A stretch of 64,000 bases of DNA, taken from Ylistrum balloti. Lineage: Eukaryota. Positions within the stretch are counted from its first letter, which is position 1; every line of letters begins with the position of its first letter. Location of the stretch: the NCBI RefSeq assembly GCF_031769215.1, contig NW_026782003.1, positions 4,154,001 through 4,218,000 on the forward strand, given 5' to 3'. The notes under the pieces are model-generated. The model did not search any database and was not told where the DNA came from. It saw only the letters and a program-made list of their open reading frames with translations. Positions 24,801-33,800 of the stretch are shown piece after piece. Position numbers and translations under genes: made by a program.

Positions 24801-27800
24801 AACACCTGAACACATCTTTATGACTTTAGTAAGGAAGGTTACACCTAAACACACCTTTATGACTTTAGTAAGGAAGGTAACACCTGAACACACCTGAACA
24901 CACCTGTATGACTTTAGTAAGGAAGGCAACACCTGAACACACCTGTATGACTTTAGTAAGGAAGGTAACACCTGAACACACCTTTATGACTTTAGTAAGG
25001 AAGGTAACACCTAAACACACCTTTATGACTTTAGTAAGGAAGGTAACATCTGAACACACCTGTATGACTTTAGTAAGGAAGGTTACACCTGAACACACCT
25101 GTATATGACTTCAGTAAGGAAGGTAACACCTGAACACACCTGTATGACTTCAGTAAGGAAGGTAACAACTGAACACACCTGTATGACTTCAGTAAGGAAG
25201 GTAACAACTGAACACACCTGTATGACTTTAGTAAGGAAGGTAACACCTGAACACACCTGTATGACTTTAGTAAGGAAGGTAACACCTGAACACACCTGTA
25301 TGACTTTAGTAAGGAAGGTAACACCTAAACACACCTTTATGACTTTAGTAAGGAAGGTAACACCTGAACACATCTTTATGACTTTAGTAAGGAAGGTTAC
25401 ACCTAAACACACCTTTATGACTTTAGTAAGGAAGGTAACACCTGAACACACCTGAACACACCTGTATGACTTTAGTAAGGAAGGCAACACCTGAACACAC
25501 CTGTATGACTTTAGTAAGGAAGGTAACACCTGAACACACCTGTATGACTTTATTAAGGAAGGTAACACCTGAACACACCTGTATGACTCTAGTAAGGAAG
25601 GTAACACCTGAACACACCTATATTACTTTATTAAGGAAGGTAACACCTGAACACACCTGTATTACTTTATTAAGGAAGGTAATACCTGAACACACCTGTA
25701 TGACTTTAGTAAGGAAGGCAACACCTGAACACACCTGTATGACTTTAGTAAGGAAGGTAACACCTGAACACACCTGTATGACTTTATTAAGGAAGGTAAT
25801 ACCTGAACACACCTGTATGACTTTAGTAAGGAAGGTAACACCTGAACACACCTGTATGACTTTAGTAAGGAAGGTAACACCTGAACACACCTGTATGACT
25901 TTAGTAAGGAAGGTAACACCTGAACACACCTTTATGACTTTAGTAAGGAATGTAATTCCTGAACACACCTGTATTACTTTATTAAGGAAGGTAATACCTG
26001 AACACACCTTTATTATTTTAATATGTCCTACAAAGTCATCAATTTCACACATAAATATCGAACCCACCCTAGGACGTCCATTAATGTGTATACTGAGTTT
26101 TGTTGATCTTTGTGCCATTTATTTACAAATATCTCCAGGCCTATAATCAAAGTTTGACAGAGAGAACCACTGGACGGGGTTAGAATTCACCAGGACAATG
26201 AGCCAGAGACGTGAGAATGTTTATCAGGCAAAATGTCTTGTGGTTACTCAATAGAGCTATCCTATTATGGAGGCAGTATTATATGTGTACCGTGTATATA
26301 AAATAAATAAAACGAAAACAGTAATAATCTATTCATCGTAAAATTCTTCTAAGTGTTGCAGTCACAAGTCTGGACAAGTTATCCATGCAAATAAGATATG
26401 TTCATAATTAGAAATGTCTTTTCAATCATGTTTACCTGCATTGTGCTTATCAAAACAAGTCAACACTACAGGTTCACTACAAGTTCCTTTAAATATCTTG
26501 TAATATACAAAAATCCAATCTAATATGTTCGAGGGGAGTCGCTGCATTTTAGCTACCTGTACATCTGACAAGACATGACTGTACACATACCCAATATACA
26601 TACAACACACACCTGGAAAGCTCTCTAAACCAGTAGTAAATCATTGCATTTATCAATTTATATCAACATAATCTTAATTTACCTCTCTATTTTTTTTTTT
26701 TAATTTTCTAATTCACAATATCATGAAACATATTCATACACTTTCTCTTCTCTGTTTCTATCTCCTAATCTCACACCGTCAGTTTACTTTATGGTCTAAT
26801 TTTTAATTTAAATTGAACCACAATGTGCTGTGATCTGTCGTCAATAAAATAATCCTCAGTATCTTTCATGTGGCACTTTGATTTTGACTTGTTACACATA
26901 TCATAGTCTATCTGTAAAGGGACAGTGTATCAGACAATGTCAATATCCTAAATTATAGTCATCAAAGGCACTTGAATAATTCCCCATGATTTTTGATAAT
27001 CCCTCTGTAAGACCCCCCCCCACTACATCACAGAGGTACATATTGTCTGTACCTGGCAACCCAGATACTAATAATTAAATGGGCGGGCACATTGTAACAC
27101 TACCTTCCCAAGCTACGGCTTTGTCTTCAGAGAGAAATCATTACCGGGGGTATTTCGAAAGATCATCAAGAAAATCTTCTTTGAATTTTCTTCTTTGTTT
27201 TCTTTCATTTTCACTTTCATTTTTGTATACTAATATTTGATAATTAAGATCCACAGACTTAAAACTAGTGTATGGTGAATTCTTCTGTCATGTCATATCT
27301 TGATTCCATATTACCCCATATTATATCACAGGGTTATTCATTTATACGTCAAGGTCATTGTGTGACCTTGCACTTGACATGTTCAAAGTGTCAAGGTCAT
27401 GTATGACCTTACATAATGATAACTATAATTATTACAGCATTGTTTGTAGACGACACTAATAAAATTACCATGATTATCTACATCCCATTCTTGTCTTTGA
27501 ATTGTTGATATTTTAACTGACTAGAAATTAAAAACAGTGATTTGTACAAAGTTAACTAATAATCTCAAGTTTGTTTCAGTAACAGTGACATTGACCTTTG
27601 ACCCTTTGAACACCCAGATGCCATTCCAAATAAGAAGCAGTGTGTAAAATTGGAATTTGAACGGTCCAAGACAACTGTGTTATTGTCTGGTTATGGTGAT
27701 GTGGAAGGAAAGAAAGATGGCATGATGGAGTGAGGGAATGAAGGATGGCTGGATAATGAAAAATTATATATATATATAAGGAACATAAAGTTATAGTCAG

Positions 27801-30800
27801 CGAAATAAAATCTAATTATTTTCCTTCTAGTGTCACCTAATATGTTATACACCTAAACTAAACATAAAGAATGTGTGTTAATGTTTAATTACTAAAGACA
27901 GAAATAAGGGTTGGGAATCTAAAGTCAAAAGATTTTCTGTGACGCAAATAAACAAAAAACAATGATCGGTATTATTACAAACAATAAAAAAAAATCCACA
28001 AATTGAGAACATGTTACAGTGAATGTCAACCACCATGTGGCACCACACACAACAAGAGAATAATACCTTGGACTGCTGTAAAAATAAGTTGTTTTCTGTA
28101 CATGTTATGATTAAAAATCCCAAAATAACATAGTAACACATTAATCACAGCACACAGTGTACATGTAATAGTACATTTAGAGATCATCAACTGGGGTTTA
28201 TCTTGATAATGATGAGGTTTAATTCAAATTCATTACTCATTAATGCAAAAATGATATTTGTTGAACCAACTTAATATCTTCAATGACTGATAAAAAAAGT
28301 TTTCCAAAGACATGGTTACAATCATAAAAACTTCCACGGCACAAATTTCCAACTCAACCATCTGTATAGATAGACAGTTCCAAAATTTTTCAAGGAAGAA
28401 CATTATTGTTACAATTTCTGGGTTTCACAAATTATCATTTCTTGTACCTTAACTGATTTCTGTTAAATTTATTACAAGGATTGTTTGTTCTAATCAATCA
28501 ATACACATACATGCAGTACATTAAGCACATCCAGCACAAACACAAGTGGGTTTTTTTTCTTCTACCATGAAGGATTATCTGTGCTTAAGGCTGTTAATAC
28601 ATTTGTGCAAGGTACATACCTTCCTCTTTTTCTGAAACATGGCAGGTGGTAATTGTATGTTAACATTACACTCTAGATTTCTCAGGGCCAAACACAATTA
28701 ACAACACATTTTGAGAAAACACACTTCAGGTTTATCAAAAACATTCAACTTGTCAGTCAAAAGAGCTTGTGTTTAAAAAGAAAACATTGGAAAAAATGAT
28801 AAAAACAAAAAACTTGTAATTTCTGTAAAGTCATTTCATCTGGATTGGCGACAAAGACACGACAGCTCTGCTGTGGTATTATACACTGATAGCTGGTACT
28901 TATACAAATTCTTATGTTATACATACAACACAAAGTTTACACAGACATGAAGATATAACTTAAGGGTATACACAATATGTCCTCAGTATTTACACCTTTG
29001 ATTTAAATACTACATTCAAGTGGTGTGCAAAAGGGAAAAAATTTAAATCATTTTCTAGTTTTTAATTTTCTTAGGCAAGAAAACAACCCATTGAACTTAC
29101 TGAAGAAAGTTGTATGGTATGTGGAGTCTAATACAACAGTAGAGTAACTTCAACACTGTGCAAGGTAACAGCCAAAAGGAGGAATTGGTCAAATCACACA
29201 GAATTTGTAGCATCAAACCATTGATCTTCATTTGGTGTAGTATTTAAACCAATGTAAAACTGCGAATTATATAATTAAAAACACACACTCTCAAAATCTC
29301 TTAAAACATAAAACATTAACAATAATGTCTATAGACAGAATGAGCTCTGGAAAAACATCCTGCAATCACGATGTTCAAAAAATAGTCAAGTTTAACTTAC
29401 ACGAAGCCTAAATCAATAAAAGTAATGTTTGGATATACATTGTATCTAAAAAGAAATACAAAATTTATCCAGGAGATTAAAGAAACCAAAAAAATACAAT
29501 ATAAGTTTTCCTTTTCAGCTACAAACCTCAACCTTTGTTAAATGTAAGTTTTAAATAGACAGTGTAACTCGTGTTTCTGGATAACAGTAAAACTATAACC
29601 TTGCAATAATACAACTGTAGGACTTTTTGCGAATACCCAAACTGGACCAAACACGATATTAAGTCACAATTTGTCAAACCACAGTGGACTTACATCATCA
29701 TCAAGATGAATGCTCATGCTAGCATCGGACATGACTGACCGATTATCCTGACGAGATGGACGGTCAGTGTGCTGTACTACAGGTTGATAATTCTTGCGTG
29801 GTCTCCTGTCAGACGGCTTCATGACTGGACGTCGATTACGGTCTGTGGATATTTTTTCTTTCAAATTCTCATACTGAAAAATTCCCCAGATATTTCTCGT
29901 AAATATTTGACTCAGAACATAAGATCAGAAAATTTATTTGTATAAATTTTGAATTCTTTGAATGTGCGATTTACTTAATACAAACTTGGCTGTTCAAATG
30001 TGGCTGTAACATATATACATGTGTAAGAATGAAAAGGAACTGTAAATGTCCAAACAGGAAGTGTCAAACAGGTTTGATTTCAATAAGTTTCACTGCCATT
30101 TCATAGTAATGTTAACAATGAAAATAACACCGATTTTAATGAGTGTTCGTGGGAATACTGAACAAAATGTGTTGCTCAATGAAAACCGATTGATCATAAA
30201 TAAAATGCTTGATAGAGATGTCCATGTAAGCTGTTCTAATTGTCTCAAATATTTCTTTCAACATCTTTTCATTTTTTTTAATTAACATGTAAGAGATGTG
30301 TAAAATTAATGCTCAGGAAATTCTCCGTTACACACGAGACAATAGTTAGCAGTAGAACACACCGTTAAATCCAAATTGATGTTAGTTTTGTGTGTACAGA
30401 ACAAACACATTTTCCAATCACAGTTATGTTTATTAGGAAAAACTCCTAAACAACCTTATGTTGTTTAAAATCATATCTATAAACTTCTGTTCAAATCCAT
30501 TTCTTTTATGTGTAGTGAAAAAATCTCTAACAGATGGGAAATAAATATTCTTGTGAAAATATTTAGCCATCATAACTGAAATAGTGTCCTGTTTTAGAGT
30601 GATAAGAAAATTATCTAGACTTTGCAAGCTGGCTCTGAGCCTCACCTCCAGTTGAAGATGTCGGACTTCTTGGTCATGCGAGAGAGGCAGGTTTGAACGA
30701 GCTCGACTAGGATGACGTGTTGACCAGCCAAGCTTACGGTCTGTGTCTTCCAAAGTGTCTAGCAAGATCCTCTCCTCTAGATTGCGCAAGTCTCGAATTT

Positions 30801-33800
30801 TATTGCGATTCTCCTTATAATTTTTCAGTTCCGCCACCTTAGCAAATTTACATTTAGAAAAATGACTTTTTTTCACTAAAGTAATTTGGTACTGACGCAT
30901 TCAATAGAGAAGGATTTATTATATACATTAATCATGACTTTGTCATAGAGCAGGTTCATCTGACATTCGAAGATACGGCCAATATACAGAATATCATTAA
31001 GCATTATCTGTCTATTATTGCTGAAAATAAAGAGAAGGTGTTCATACAAAGATGGCTGCCGACTGAGGTACTGGTGAAAATAAACAGTAAGTGTTCATGC
31101 AAAGATGGCTGCCAACTGAAGTACTAGTAAAAATAAAGAGTAGGAGCTCATACAAAAGATGGCCGCTGATTGAGATACTGGTAAAAAAATAATTAGTAGA
31201 TGTTCATGCAAAAGATGGCTGCCAGTTGAGGTACTGGAGAAAATCAAGAATTGATGTTCATACAAAGATGACTGCCAGTTGAGACAATGGTGAAAATAAT
31301 GAGTAGGTGTTCATACAAAGATGGCTGGACTGAATATATAGTCATCAAATATTGCTTACAACAACTTTTTCTTTGACCTAATAATACTAGAATTATTCAT
31401 GGAGGATTCAAAGGCATAATGGAATCTCTATGAATGTTGCGAACACTGTTAACCTGCTGCTCTTCTGTATTTTAGAATTTCAAATAAAAGAGTACATTGA
31501 GTTTGTAAAGGACATGTGATCTGCTTATATAAAAGGCTAGGCCAACAACTTCTCATTGAGTCTTTAGTGATACATTGTAGTATACAGCAATGCCAGTATA
31601 TAAGGCCATTGTGTCCAACTGTATGTGTACAATGTGAATCCTGGTGGAAAAAAGTCCTTACTCTGTATCTAACAGCTGGGCTTGAGATCTAACATCAGTA
31701 AAGGTTGACATCTGATATCATGTGGACATTAGACAGTAGAAAAAGAATCGTGATGGAAAGAAACATGAAGAAACCAATGAAAAGAAAATGTGTAATTTTA
31801 CCTGAGGAACCATACAGGTAACATAGACATTGTCATGTGCCAACAGAAATATAAAAGGTATTGATGACTATGTAAGTAAAAAGAAAATGAAAACAAGAAA
31901 TAACAGGACCTTTATACCACTTGTATCATCGTTATTTTGTTAATTGTTCAATCATTAATGATTTTATCGATATCTTATTTCAAACTCATGTATACAATCT
32001 ATAAACACAACATTACAGGTGTTTTCTTTTCTATGTCATTAGATACCGTCTTTAAACACAAACAAAATAATGTACATCATGCTGACATTTTGTTCTATCA
32101 ACATTCTAATGCCATTTATTTAATCTGTCATCTTCAACACTCAATCAAGTCTACTTGAACATCTCAACATTCAAGTTTACTTTAAAGTCCATTGCATTTT
32201 AACAACTATCAGTATATTTTCCAAAACACATCTCCCCATTCCTAAACACACCAAAAAACTACCTCCTTATGTCTGACCTCCCTAGAAACGACCTCCTTAT
32301 ACCTGACCTCCTTAGAAACTACCTCCTTATACCTGACCTCCCTAGAAACGACCTCCTTATACCTGGCCTCCCTAGAAAATACCTCCTTATACCTGACCTC
32401 CCTAGAAACTACCTCCTTATACCTGACCTCCCCAGAAACTACCTCCTTATACCTGACCTCCCTAGAAACTACCTCCTTATACCTGACCTCCCTAGAAACT
32501 ACCTCCTTATACCTAACCTCCCTCGAAACTACCTCCTTACACCTGACCTCCCTAGAAACTACCTTCTAATATCCATCCCTCTCTGTGACTTACTTTCTTA
32601 TACCAGTAGTGATATCCAGACTTATTATTACTCTGGTTTCCTACCACACGAAATCTCTCATGTGCTCCGAGCCAACAGCTTGTCAAATAGATTGAGCTTA
32701 TAGTTTTATACATGTACTCCAACTTGGAAACTACTACCCAACTAACTTGAAAATACTTTTTTATCTGTAGCCCTCAGGAAAATGAAAACTGCATAGTCAT
32801 CAATTTATAAATTTAAGGAAAGTGGATCTGCATTTCCTTTCCTTTGTATATTTAAAGTCAATATAAAAAAATGTAGTTTTGGAAAAGAGTTTGATGGTTG
32901 TGAAGATGCAATGTAAGCACTACCAGCACCAATCAAATTTCAATCAGCAGTGTTGCTATGGTAACTACATTATAACATCAATCATACAGTCCTACACCAT
33001 GCTCATGCTTGTCAACATGCATTCTTACTTAACTATAATTTCAAAGCTACCTACAGCTGTTCATTCATTCAGAAATTCAATTCAATTTACAAGTATAAAT
33101 CAAAAAGATGAAAACAATAAATGTTCACTTTAAAACAAAAACTTCTTGATAAAAAGGACTTGTCGACATCACTACTGGATTTCATTGTCAACACCATTCT
33201 ATAAGTCATGTTAACTTACTACACATTATGCACTAGCACAATACGACAGTTCAAGTCAAGACAACATCTGTCACATCAAGTAAGCAAAACTAAAAGACTA
33301 CTGGCGTGAAAGTCTACAGATATTCAAAACATGCATATATATATACACTAAACACTTTGGTTTACATTTTGAGAATTTGTTGAACACAGGATTTGATGGA
33401 AGGGATCTTGCATGCGTTTCCATTTCATATGAAATATCTTGAAACAAGTCTTAGAACTTTTCAATTGATCAAGCCTCTGGCAACGTGAAATGAAAAATCT
33501 GTAACCAGTTTTATAAATCTCACATACGAAGAGAAAATAAATGCAAGATTCTGTTCATCACATAACTTGTTAAATTGCCTTCTGTTGTCTGTTATAACAA
33601 CAAACTTTGGTCAACATAACGGTTACCACATTGTAAGAAAGGGTGTGGCTTATATTCTGGTGTGTCTTTTATGTGGATCAAATAAAAAAAATGCTCAAAA
33701 ACCAGCCCTGTGGCTTATACTCAGGCGCGGTTTATAGCCCGGAAAAATATAGTAAATATACACGGAATTTTTTAACTCAACTCACATAAGTTAAGTTAAG

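Noticed and set aside
22843-26146. Many 60-226-aa ORFs (VCSGVTFLTKVIQ / MTLVRKVTPEHTC repeats)
   Set aside because: Translations of a 39-bp satellite, open on both strands; intronic; no splice or promoter context
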